Source of the DNA: Candidatus Latescibacterota bacterium
GTDB taxonomy: Bacteria; Latescibacterota; UBA2968; UBA8231
Direction: 5' to 3'
Length of the DNA: 64,000 nucleotides
Assembly: GCA_965203175.1 (NCBI GenBank)
Contig: OZ241867.1
Location: 320,001-384,000 of the forward strand
The notes under the pieces were generated by a model. That model saw nothing but the letters and a program-made list of their open reading frames with translations, did not search any database and had not been told where the DNA came from. Both the position numbers and the translations under genes were made by a program. Shown in pieces: positions 51,401 to 59,014 of this stretch (position 1 is the stretch's first letter; the number at the start of each line of letters is the position of its first letter).

Positions 51401-51835
51401 CGCACAAAGACCTATTCCATCGGCAGCTTGCAAAACGGTGTAGCATACAACGTGCGGGTGCGCGTCCACAACCTAAATCCCGACCCGGAGCTTTCCCTCA
51501 GTGCGTGGACCACTGCCACCGCTACCCCCACCGAGGACGCGGCGGCCAAACAGGCTGCGTCTTTTGAACTCGCCGCTGCGTATCCCAACCCGTTCAACCC
51601 CTCCACTACCATCAGCTACGCCTTGCCGCAAGCTGCCGACGTGCGCTTAGACATCTATAATGTAATGGGTCAACGAGTGCGGACGCTGGTCGCCGCCCAC
51701 CAACCCGCCGGTTACTACGCCGTCGAATGGAAGGCGACTGACGACAGCGGCCACACCCTATCATCCGGCGTGTATTTCTACCACTTGCAAGCCGGCGCGT
51801 TCCGCGCCACGAAGCGGATGCTGCTAATGCGCTAA
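45464..51835 (+). CDS. Giant (2123 aa) Calx-beta repeat secreted protein with He_PIG, two FN3 domains and a T9SS/FlgD-Ig CTD; paralog of 17358..26885
   Basis: Near-identical signal region and first ~800 aa; Calx-beta repeats; P..PT.LT...W.EP FN3 units; AYPNPFNP tail. Confidence 0.9.
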   Translation: MIHHAKLFVRRLAYMPWLLAVGLVLGWTGEAAAQELPTLLVGNGTGTEGGNVTFTVVVSPPLGVVDGEAETATVDYVARVEAGNTASLATDFTSIPMTLTITGAAAPGTSTATIDIAAVDDALDEPDETFTLELSRPSGVTFSGGGTTLTATGTIEDNDGPVTVNVAATATPAVVAEGPNTEAQFTVTLGTGDAPTPSGQVVMVDYEASASTGASADDFVATEGTLTFAVDETSKIVPVPIVDDDIHEVSTEGITLTLTLVEAPAVGNAALGTATATVTITDNEETPEFNVMAGDPADEGTFATFTVSLSGASSEQTTVNYTVVGTPTDTDLTATEGTDFTATTTAATLNFAAGETSKTVSVPIVADGIDEGDETFELRLADPAAPGGTLVPNLGDMATATGTIRGHLPSLSVFAPAEAVVEAEGAMAEFTVTLSKEATADVTVTYNTSLEPGDTAEQADFTAATNLTATITVGETSTKVSVTILDDDDIEENETFTLTLSNPSAGAMLGDMASAQATIADDDKPSLSVFAPAEAVAEGEDVVFTVALSDATGQDVTVEYEISIEAEDSAHPDDFENFMSETGTLTITAGQTSVMVPPVETVNDDLVEDDETFTLTLSNPSGAVLGDMLSAKATISSEDMSPLPSLSVAVADATEGGAVDITVTLSAEADADVTVAFDISTESGGDFATTSGMVTITAGDTEGMESVATVDDNDVEGSETFKVTLSNPSANAVLGDPSSATGTLTDNDLPSLSVAVGSATEGGAVGITVTLSAATDVEVTVDYKVSIESDDTAGPDDFDDFSEASGTMTIAVGETTEMVSVMTVDDDLLEALKPETFTVTLENPMNAVLDPARSSAKGSITDNELPLLSVAVAGATEGEAVGITVTLSAATDVEVTVDFAISTASGDDFAATPRTVTIDAGSLTGMASVMTVDDDDVEGSETFTVTLENPMNAVLDPAASSATGTLTDNDLPSLSVAVGSATEGGAVGITVTLSAATDVEVTVDYKVSIESDDTAGPDDFDDFSEASGTMTIAVGETTEMVSVMTVDDDLLEALKPETFTVTLENPMNAVLDPAASSAKGSITDNELPLLSVAVADATEGEAVGITVTLSAATNVEVTVDFAISTASSDDFETTSGTVSIDAGSLTGMASVATVDDDDVEGGETFTVTLENPMNAVLDPAASSATGTIADNDLPLLSVAVGSATEGGAVGITVTLSAATDVEVTVDFEVSIESDDTASPDDFANFREASGTVSIAAGSLTGTASVMTAPDDIIEPDETFTVTLSNPMNAVLNPIASSAQGTITDNDLPLLSVADGSAVEGEDVEFTVTLSVATDEAVTVNYATSVEDDDTATQADFKATSGTLTIAAGATEATVSVETVDDAEEEEPETFTLTLSDPSNAELSATMSSAQGSITDNESPTPSVSDASAVEGEDVEFTVTLSKASGVDQEFSYGISIEADDTASPDDFVDFVGGSGTLTIAAGATEATVSVATRDDNRVEEDETFTLTVGGLTAQGTITDNDVRVPPPTGAITLTVSPASVRENAGTATEVSVTASVDSPTDAAVTVSLALSGTAKEGTDYTISGTQSITIAAGETSDKTALTFTPINDAVYEGDETILITGTGTGYTSGSTRVTLIDDDEPSTPVSSGGGGGSPPPPPPPPSPSFDDKTIAAQFYIQGTAIDPLVFPIAQDGTKPLTYGLSQTSTAQAAIDPLTGLPDSLAFDPKTRTLTGTPATPLPATEFSYTVIDADGRTASLCFDITIYALIGPPTPPTDLTVAFDADGKLVLHWKEPARNGGYDLTSYEVQYQKTTSASWRRLAIRVPANHPTKTYTIGSLQADAEYNVRVRAYNLNPLPELSVGEWAMASTDETAMPDEIAAGTGEPAAAGAVCKPGLGDLLATEDAGDGEPSGDGDDGEPTAPSAPGAPTNLTATPGDGKLLLRWKEPTQTGGFDLTFYDLQYQKTTSTSWISVAIRIPANYRTKTYSIGSLQNGVAYNVRVRVHNLNPDPELSLSAWTTATATPTEDAAAKQAASFELAAAYPNPFNPSTTISYALPQAADVRLDIYNVMGQRVRTLVAAHQPAGYYAVEWKATDDSGHTLSSGVYFYHLQAGAFRATKRMLLMR
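47691..49030 (+). repeat. Near-identical 666-bp tandem duplication (two Calx-beta units) inside the gene
   Basis: CGCTCACCGACAACGATTTGCCG begins at 47691 and at 48357. Confidence 0.85.
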
Positions 51836-51857
51836 AACGCATCGTCCCGTACACCGC

Positions 51858-51891
51858 AGGCCCTCCCGACGCAGCCGTCGGGAGGGCCTTT
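51858..51891 (+). terminator. Intrinsic terminator
   Basis: AGGCCCTCCCGACG / CGTCGGGAGGGCCT 14-bp stem followed by a short T run. Confidence 0.7.
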
Positions 51892-52112
51892 GCGTTGGGG
51901 CAATGGCATGGGGCCTTGACTGGATGCGAAGGCCCCCCCCGCCGAGCGGCCGGCCGCCGACAACGCCCAAGCAGATCGGCCCGCCCCGACCGGGAACTGT
52001 ACAGGAGCGGAGAAAGAGTACTCCCTATTGATCGCCGATGCTCGATACTCCCGCGAGCAAGCCGCCGCCGCCGTGGAAGAGGCCACCCCCACGACCAAAG
52101 ACGACATACTAG

Positions 52113-52212
52113 GCGCGAAGGCACTCGTCAGTAAACTGACAGTTTCGGCCTAACTCCGTATCGGCGGGGTAGGTCAGGGACAAGCCGTCTTCTTTAGGGG
52201 ACGGTGGTTGAT
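52113..52212 (+). ncRNA. Orphan TnpB right end / omegaRNA scaffold remnant
   Basis: Aligns with the 3' end of the 33727..35024 element (AGTTTCGG.CTA.CTCCG...CGGCGGGGTA..G.CAGGGACAAGC...GTGGTTGA). No tnpB upstream. Confidence 0.75.
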
Positions 52213-53102
52213 CAATACACGACCTTGTTGAGCGGGTATTCAATGATGCCTTCGGCCCCGAGCCGCTTGAGCTGGGGAATCAACTCGCGCACCACGCGCT
52301 CGTCGGCGACGATTTCCAGCGCCACCCACTCGTCGTCCATCTGGCTGGAGACCGTGGGCGTGTGCAGGGCCGGCAGCCGGGCGATGACGCGGTTGAGCTG
52401 GGCGCGCGGCACGTTCATCTTGAGGCCGACCTTGTGCTCGGCTTCGAGCGCGCCCTTGAGCAGCATCAGCAAGTTCTCGGCCTTCTCCCGCTTCCAGCCA
52501 TCGGCCCACGCGGCCTTGTTGGCAATGAAACGCGGGGTCGATTCGCAGACCGTATCGACGATGCGCAGCCGGTTGGCCTTGAGCGATGCGCCCGTCTCGG
52601 TCGCCTCGACGACGGCATCCACCAGCCCGGGAATGCCGGCCTTGACCTCGGTCGTGCCCCACGAAAACTCCACCTCAGCCTCCACGCCGCGCGCCTGCAA
52701 GAAGCGGCGGGTCACGCCGACTAGCTCGCTGGCGATGCGGTGGCCCTGCAGGTCTTCGACGCCTTGGATGGGAGAATCCTCGGGCACGGCAATGACCCAG
52801 CGCAGGGGCCGCGCCGTGCTCTTGCTGTAGGTCAACTCGCCGACTTCGACGACATCGGCCTCGCTTTCGAGAATCCAGTCCCGGCCCGTCAGGCCCACAT
52901 CGACGACGCCGCGCGCCACGTACTGGGCAATTTCCTGCGCCCGGAACATCAGGCCCGCAAGCTGGGGGTCGTCGATGTCGGGCACGTACGAGCGCGGCGC
53001 GAGCCGCACCCGATAGCCAGCGCGGACAAACAGGTCAAACGTGGAGTCCTTCAGACTCCCGGACGGGAAGCCGATCTTCAATTCCTTGGGATTCATATAC
53101 AT
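52212..53102 (-). CDS. hisG: ATP phosphoribosyltransferase (long form)
   Basis: PSGSL, RAQEIA, DVGLTGRD, GTTE, ETGASLKANRL and the C-terminal regulatory domain (PTVS...GAEGII). Confidence 0.96.
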   Translation of the reverse strand: MYMNPKELKIGFPSGSLKDSTFDLFVRAGYRVRLAPRSYVPDIDDPQLAGLMFRAQEIAQYVARGVVDVGLTGRDWILESEADVVEVGELTYSKSTARPLRWVIAVPEDSPIQGVEDLQGHRIASELVGVTRRFLQARGVEAEVEFSWGTTEVKAGIPGLVDAVVEATETGASLKANRLRIVDTVCESTPRFIANKAAWADGWKREKAENLLMLLKGALEAEHKVGLKMNVPRAQLNRVIARLPALHTPTVSSQMDDEWVALEIVADERVVRELIPQLKRLGAEGIIEYPLNKVVY

Positions 53103-53121
53103 GCCTACGCAGTATATCTTT

Positions 53122-54266
53122 CTATGAAGTAAGCACTTCTAGTGAAGCGCCTAGTTTGACATATCCTCCCTTCATCTCGGCACTCATCCCCGCCGAGTCA
53201 GAGGCCATTCCTCTGTGAAGGATATTGACGGCCGCGTTGAGTCTCGGTCTAAGGCCATACCACAGGCGTAGCAATGATACATCCTCTGGTCGAGCCCCAG
53301 TTTGTCTCGCGGCATAGCACCGCAGCCGGAGCACTGCTGCGTCGTATTGCGGGGATCTACCTTGACGACCCACCCACCAGCACTCTCGGCCTTGTAGGTG
53401 AGACAATGCACAAAGTAACCCCATTGCTGCTCCACGATGGATCGAGCCAAACGGCGGTTCTTCACCATATTGGGGATCTTCAGGTCTTCTACTACAAATC
53501 GGCAGGCGTGATCCTTGACCAGCGCAGCGGTTATCTCATGTACCTTGCCCTGCTCCCGCTCCGTCACTCGCTGCCATGCCTTGGCCAACAGCCGACGCTT
53601 CTTCTCCCGATTGTTAGACCCCCTCTTGGCACGAGACAGGATGCGCTGGCGTCGCTTGAGATTATTACGATCCACCATGTTTTTGGGAACCTTGTAGCCG
53701 TTAGACAGCGTAGCTCTGTCCTTAACACCCAAGTCGATGCCCACAGGAGGACGAACATCCAGCACCTCGGGGGCCGCCACCTCCATCACAAACTGGAGCT
53801 TGACGCGCCGCGGCGTACGGACCACCCGAACCACCTTGACTGTCCCCTCCGGCAAAGCGTCTCTGAACTTGAGACGACCGATACCTTTTACCTGGTAGGA
53901 GTAGTACCTACCTGACGACTTCACCTTGGCAGGGGCAGGATCCTCAAAAGAATGGATGCCATTGTGCCAGCTCTTGAAGCGAGGATAGCCTCCCCGCTTA
54001 AAAAAATGCTGGTAGGCCCGGTCAAGACGCTTGAGGATAGAACGTTGCACCCGCGCAGGAAAACGGCTCCATTGAGGATCCTCGCGACGCTTGGTCAGCT
54101 TGGCCTGTTGCTGCAAATACGTGACAGAGTGCTTCTCCTGCTCCCAAGCATCTCGACGCTCAGCCAGACTCTCGTTATACAGATGCCGAGCCTGATCGAA
54201 GAAGTCGTCGAGATGGGCGTGTGCTGGCCTGCTCAGATAGGCTTTCCTGATGTATGTCCTCAGCAT
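53122..54266 (-). pseudogene. tnpB: TnpB with a single-base frameshift right after the RuvC-III Asp
   Basis: GYPRFKS, GIDLG, VEDL and zinc ribbon. DRD continues as LNAAVNILHRG only in another frame (break at ~53240). Confidence 0.85.
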
Positions 54267-54269
54267 CGC

Positions 54270-55178
54270 TTAACACTTCTTCTTAGCCATCGCCTCGGCG
54301 ACTTGGGGGCTTAGCTTGTACAGGGCTAGCCGCGCCGCGATCTGGTCTTTTTCCGTTCCCTCCCTCATCAGCCGCTGCAAGTGCGGCACGGCCCGCTTAT
54401 CGCCCACCTCGGCGAGAGCGTGTATGGCCTTGTCGCGGATGCTCTGCAACTCGTCGGCATCGAGGGCGACCAGCAGGGCCTCGTAGATGGCGTTACGGGC
54501 GGGCGGGCCGAGCGGCGCGTGGCCAATCTGGCCAAGGGCTTGCACGGCCACGTAGCGCACCTCATTTGAAGGATCCACCGACATGCGAATGACCTCTTGC
54601 ACCGCGTCGCGGTACCCGTAGGCACGCAAACTCTGCAAGGCGGCGACTCGCCACTTGGGCTTGGGCGCGCGCAAGGCGCGGCGCACCACGCGGAAAGCCG
54701 AGTCGCTCAAGGCCGGCTCAGCCTCGTACGAATGGCACGGGCCGAGTGCGCCGAGTACGTATTGGCGCACTTCTACCGTGGGGTCGCGCACGTACTTGAG
54801 CAGCGGGGCGAGCGCGGTGGGCGAGCCGATCTGGCCCAGCGCCCACGCAGCCGCAGCCGCCACCCGCGGCGACTTGTCTTTTAGGGCCGCGATCAAGGTC
54901 GGCACGGCGCGCTCGTCCTCAAAGCGGCCCAACAGGTGCATCACCTCAAACCGCACGCGGATGTAGCCAGAGTCGGCCTCCTCAATCAGCAGGGGGACGA
55001 CTTCGTCGGCGTCGAAGCGGATGAGCTGGTTGGCAGCTTTGGTGCGCTCGGCTTTTTGCAGGCTTTTGAGCTGGTAAATGTACTCTTCGGGCGAGGGGCC
55101 TCCACACGCAATGCCCAAGCCCGCGCACAGCAACAGCGCGCTGCCAAATTTTTGCTTTTTAAAAAAAATACCAGCCAT
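54270..55178 (-). CDS. HEAT-repeat lipoprotein
   Basis: Lipobox GIAC; repeated L.D....VR..A..ALGQIG units. Confidence 0.85.
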   Translation of the reverse strand: MAGIFFKKQKFGSALLLCAGLGIACGGPSPEEYIYQLKSLQKAERTKAANQLIRFDADEVVPLLIEEADSGYIRVRFEVMHLLGRFEDERAVPTLIAALKDKSPRVAAAAAWALGQIGSPTALAPLLKYVRDPTVEVRQYVLGALGPCHSYEAEPALSDSAFRVVRRALRAPKPKWRVAALQSLRAYGYRDAVQEVIRMSVDPSNEVRYVAVQALGQIGHAPLGPPARNAIYEALLVALDADELQSIRDKAIHALAEVGDKRAVPHLQRLMREGTEKDQIAARLALYKLSPQVAEAMAKKKC

Positions 55179-55332
55179 ACCGCATTCTTTTGTTTAATTA
55201 TATACGGCAACGTATTAAGATACGAAGATAAAGGGAGCCTGTAACCTCGTCCACTGCACCCGTTCCCCCGTTTTTGACAACGCTCCTAGTGAATTTTATA
55301 CTTTTCTAACCCTATTCCACAGGAGGTTTCCC

Positions 55333-55566
55333 GTGAACTTGGAACTCGTTTACTGCTCTGCTTGAGGCTACGAAAACAGAGCCGCCAGTTTGGCGGAACA
55401 GCTACTCGTCGCCTATAAGAAAGACATTGCTGCCTTCTTGCTAGTGCCCTCAGACCGAGGGAAGTTTGAACTTAGCCTCGATGGCGAGCTAGTCTTTTCC
55501 AAGCTGCAAGAAGGCCGCTTCCCCGACCACGGCGAAGTCGAAGCCCTGATCGACGCCCGCCGTTAA
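55333..55566 (+). CDS. SelW/Rdx-family selenoprotein (CxxU); absent from the ORF track
   Basis: AGGAGG SD, then GTG...YCSA-UGA-GYENRAASLA...GKFEL..DGELVFSK...GRFP. In-frame TGA at 55363-55365. Confidence 0.88.
55382..55396 (+). promoter_or_regulatory. Candidate bacterial SECIS apical hairpin
   Basis: CCGCCA-GTT-TGGCGG, 16 nt after the UGA, with GU opening the loop. Confidence 0.55.
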
Positions 55567-55609
55567 ACGCCCGCCACGCCTTTGCTTCTTCATACGAGGA
55601 GATCTTGCT

Positions 55610-56668
55610 TTGAAGTACTGCCGCTTGCTCAGTCTCGCCCTCGCGCTTTTGAGCGCCCCGGCCCTCGCCCAGTCGCCCGAAGCCCTCGACTACTTTCGCG
55701 TGGGCTACGACTTGGTCAAAAAGGGTAGCTACCGCAACGCCGTCATCGAGCTAGAAAAGTCCGTGGCGGTCGATGCTTCCTACGGAAACGCCCACTACGT
55801 CCTCGGCATTTCCTACAAGGCCCTCAACGAGTACGACAAAGCCATCCGCAGTTTTGCTGCGGCCCATGCCCTCGGCACCAAGCCGGAACAGGCCGCTAAG
55901 GCTCTAGGCCAGCTCTATCAAAAAGCCGCCCTCAACAGCTTTCGCCAAAAGAAATACCGCGAGGTCATCGACTATTTTACTAGCGCGCGCGACTACGGCC
56001 CGCAAAGCGCCCAAGCCCTCTACGTCATGGGCCTTTCTTACAGTGGCCTACACGAGAAAGACAAGGCCAAAGTGGCCTTTGCCGAGGCCATCGCAGCCGA
56101 TCCCACCGACGCCAGGCCCTACAATGCCCTCGGCGACATCCAGCGCCTCAGCCGCGACTACGGCAAGGCCATTGTCACCTACCAGCGTTCCATAGAGGCC
56201 GACCCCACGTACATGGAATCATACGGCGACTTGGCGCGGTTGAAGTTCGATACCCAAGATATAGAGGGCGTCGTACCGCTTTTGCAAAAGGCCCTAAAGA
56301 TCGACGACACGTACCCCGAAGGGCACCGCTTGCTCGGCATTGCGCTCAACCAGCTCGGCCGTTTCCACGAGGCCATCGCCCCGCTGAACAAGGCAGCCGA
56401 TCTAGACGACGGCTACTGCGAAACGTACTACCGGCTCAGCGAGGCCCACTACGGCATGGGCAATTTCCGCCAAGCCATTGAGTTCGGTCGGCGCGCCACC
56501 AGTTGTCAGGACGACTACCCAGCCGCCGAGACGCTGCTGGGCGACGCGCATTTTCAGCTCGGCCAACGACAGGAGGCGCGGCGCTGGTACAACCAAGCGA
56601 TCAAAGACAGCCGTTTCAAAGACTACGCGGCGAGCAAACTCGCAGAGCTTGACAAACCTCCCCAATAG
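55610..56668 (+). CDS. Secreted TPR-repeat protein
   Basis: Signal peptide and about 9 TPR-like units (AHYVLG..Y..L.EYDKAI). Confidence 0.88.
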   Translation: MKYCRLLSLALALLSAPALAQSPEALDYFRVGYDLVKKGSYRNAVIELEKSVAVDASYGNAHYVLGISYKALNEYDKAIRSFAAAHALGTKPEQAAKALGQLYQKAALNSFRQKKYREVIDYFTSARDYGPQSAQALYVMGLSYSGLHEKDKAKVAFAEAIAADPTDARPYNALGDIQRLSRDYGKAIVTYQRSIEADPTYMESYGDLARLKFDTQDIEGVVPLLQKALKIDDTYPEGHRLLGIALNQLGRFHEAIAPLNKAADLDDGYCETYYRLSEAHYGMGNFRQAIEFGRRATSCQDDYPAAETLLGDAHFQLGQRQEARRWYNQAIKDSRFKDYAASKLAELDKPPQ

Positions 56669-56673
56669 CCGCG

Positions 56674-57276
56674 ATGGCGCTGCTTCTGGCCTCGAACAAC
56701 CCCGGCAAGCTGCGCGAAGTCCGCGCCCTGCTTGCCGATGTCGAGGTCGTTGCGCCAGCGGCGCTGGGCCTTGATCTCGACGTCGAGGAAAGCGGCCAGA
56801 CCTTTGCCGCCAACGCCCAGCTCAAGGCCCGCGCCTATGCCGCGGCCAGCGGCCAGATCGCCCTCGCCGACGACTCCGGCCTCGAGGTCGATGCCCTCGG
56901 CGGCGCGCCCGGCATCTACTCGGCCCGCTACGGCGGCCCCGGCCTCGACGACACCGGCCGCTGCCAACTCTTACTCGCCGAGCTTGCATCCCATCCCGAG
57001 CCAGCGCAACGCCAGGCCCGATTCCGCTGCGTCCTCTGCGCAGTAAGCCCCGACGGCCGCCAGTGCCATGCCGAGGGCACGTGTGAAGGGCTGATTGCCC
57101 CGGCCCCGGCCGGGACCAACGGTTTTGGCTACGATCCGGTCTTTTTTGTTCCCGCCTACGCCAAGACCATGGCCCAGCTCGACCCGAAAATAAAAAACCG
57201 CCTTAGTCACCGCGCCCAAGCGCTAGCGGCCGTGCGCCCGCTGCTGGCCAGCACCTTCCCAGAACTCGGCTTCTGA
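56674..57276 (+). CDS. rdgB: dITP/XTP pyrophosphatase
   Basis: ASNNPGK, ADDSGL, GFGYDPVF and SHR motifs. Confidence 0.95.
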   Translation: MALLLASNNPGKLREVRALLADVEVVAPAALGLDLDVEESGQTFAANAQLKARAYAAASGQIALADDSGLEVDALGGAPGIYSARYGGPGLDDTGRCQLLLAELASHPEPAQRQARFRCVLCAVSPDGRQCHAEGTCEGLIAPAPAGTNGFGYDPVFFVPAYAKTMAQLDPKIKNRLSHRAQALAAVRPLLASTFPELGF

Positions 57277-57277
57277 A

Positions 57278-59014
57278 ATGTGGGGCCCGTTCGCTCAATA
57301 CGTCCGTCCCTATCGGGGCCGCATCCTGCTTGGCGCACTCTGCATCGGACTGGGACAGGCGGCGACGGCGCGCATCCCACTGCTGGTGGGCGATGCCGTC
57401 GATGCGGTCTCAGCGCCGGAAACCGCCTCCGCACAAGTCGAGACCTACGTCTTCTACATCCTCGCCTACGCCTTGGGCGTGGCCGTGTGCGGGTACGCCA
57501 TGCGGATGTTCTTGGGCCGCGCTGCCAACCGCATCGAATACGACATCCGCATCGCGTACTTTGCCCACCTACTCAAGCTGCCGCTGTCGTACCACCAGCA
57601 GCGCCGCACCGGCGACCTCATGGCGCGGGCGACCAACGATCTCCACTCTGTGCACATTTTTTGGGTCTATGGCATTCGCGGCATCGTCGATACCGCCTTG
57701 GGGCTGACCTTCACCCTCGCCTGCATGTGCCTGCTCGACTGGAAGCTGGCCCTGCTGGTGCTGGTGCCCATGCCGCTTTTTAGCGTCGTGATGATCCGCA
57801 TCGCCGCAGTCATCAACACCCGCTACAAGGCCATCCAAGATTACTTCGGTCGGATTAGCACCTTCATCCAAGAAAACCTCTCCGGCATCCGCGTGGTCCG
57901 GGCCTACACCCAAGAGCCCGCGCAAAACGCCGCGTTCGACCGACTCAACTGGGCGTATCTCGAAAAAAACCGCGCCTACATCCGCACTCGCGCCAACTAC
58001 CGGCCGCTCTCCTACGTTATCGCCTCACTCTGCTTGGGGTTGAACTTGTGGCTAGGCGGGCGCGCGGTCATCGACGGCGAACTCAGCTTTGGGGCCTTCG
58101 TCGCCTTCAACGCCTACCTGACCCAACTGATCCGCCCGATCATGTACGCCGGCTGGGTCATCGACCGCGCCCAGCGCGCCCTCGTGTCCATGCAGCGCAT
58201 CAACGAAATCCTCGCCGTCGAGCCTGAGATCCAAGACCACGCCCTGCCTCCGGCTAATCCGCGCCCAATTGCCGGCCACGTCGCCTTCCGCAAGCTCAGT
58301 TTCTCCTACGGCGGGGAACAAGTCCTACATCAGATTGATCTCGAAATTCCCCAAGGCACGACACTCGGAATCATCGGCCGCGTCGGCTCGGGCAAGACGA
58401 CGCTGGCGCGCTTGGTGCCGCGCTTGATTCAATCCGGGCCGGGGCAACTGCTCATCGACGGGGTGCCGATCGAGGAATGGCCCCTGACGACCTTGCGCGA
58501 CGCCATCGGCTACGTCCCGCAAAACCCCTTTCTATTTTCCAATACCCTCAATGCCAACCTCGCCTACGGCGTGGACTCTGCCGCAGAGGCCCAGATCCAC
58601 GCCGTGGCCGAAGAGGCTCAACTCAAAAAGGACATCGACCAATTCGACGAGGGTTTCGACACCCTCATCGGCGAGCGCGGCGTCACCCTGTCCGGCGGCC
58701 AAAAGCAGCGCGCGACCTTGGCCCGGGCGCTCATTCGCCGCCCGCAAATCCTCATCCTCGACGACGCGCTCTCCGCGGTGGACACCCACACTGAAGAAGC
58801 CATCCTCGATCACCTGCGCTCCCTCATGCAGGGCCGCACCACCCTGATCATTGCCCACCGCATTTCGACCCTGCGCCACGCCGACCACATCGCCGTACTC
58901 GAAGACGGCCGCATCGCCGAGCAGGGCACCCACGACGAACTGATCAACAGCGGCGGCTTCTACGCCGAACTGTACCAGCGCCAGCAGCTCAGCGCCGAAC
59001 TGGAAACGCTGTGA
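57278..59014 (+). CDS. ABC exporter, fused permease/ATPase (MdlA-like)
   Basis: TMD plus GRVGSGKT, LSGGQKQR and degenerate Walker B ILDD. Confidence 0.92.
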   Translation: MWGPFAQYVRPYRGRILLGALCIGLGQAATARIPLLVGDAVDAVSAPETASAQVETYVFYILAYALGVAVCGYAMRMFLGRAANRIEYDIRIAYFAHLLKLPLSYHQQRRTGDLMARATNDLHSVHIFWVYGIRGIVDTALGLTFTLACMCLLDWKLALLVLVPMPLFSVVMIRIAAVINTRYKAIQDYFGRISTFIQENLSGIRVVRAYTQEPAQNAAFDRLNWAYLEKNRAYIRTRANYRPLSYVIASLCLGLNLWLGGRAVIDGELSFGAFVAFNAYLTQLIRPIMYAGWVIDRAQRALVSMQRINEILAVEPEIQDHALPPANPRPIAGHVAFRKLSFSYGGEQVLHQIDLEIPQGTTLGIIGRVGSGKTTLARLVPRLIQSGPGQLLIDGVPIEEWPLTTLRDAIGYVPQNPFLFSNTLNANLAYGVDSAAEAQIHAVAEEAQLKKDIDQFDEGFDTLIGERGVTLSGGQKQRATLARALIRRPQILILDDALSAVDTHTEEAILDHLRSLMQGRTTLIIAHRISTLRHADHIAVLEDGRIAEQGTHDELINSGGFYAELYQRQQLSAELETL

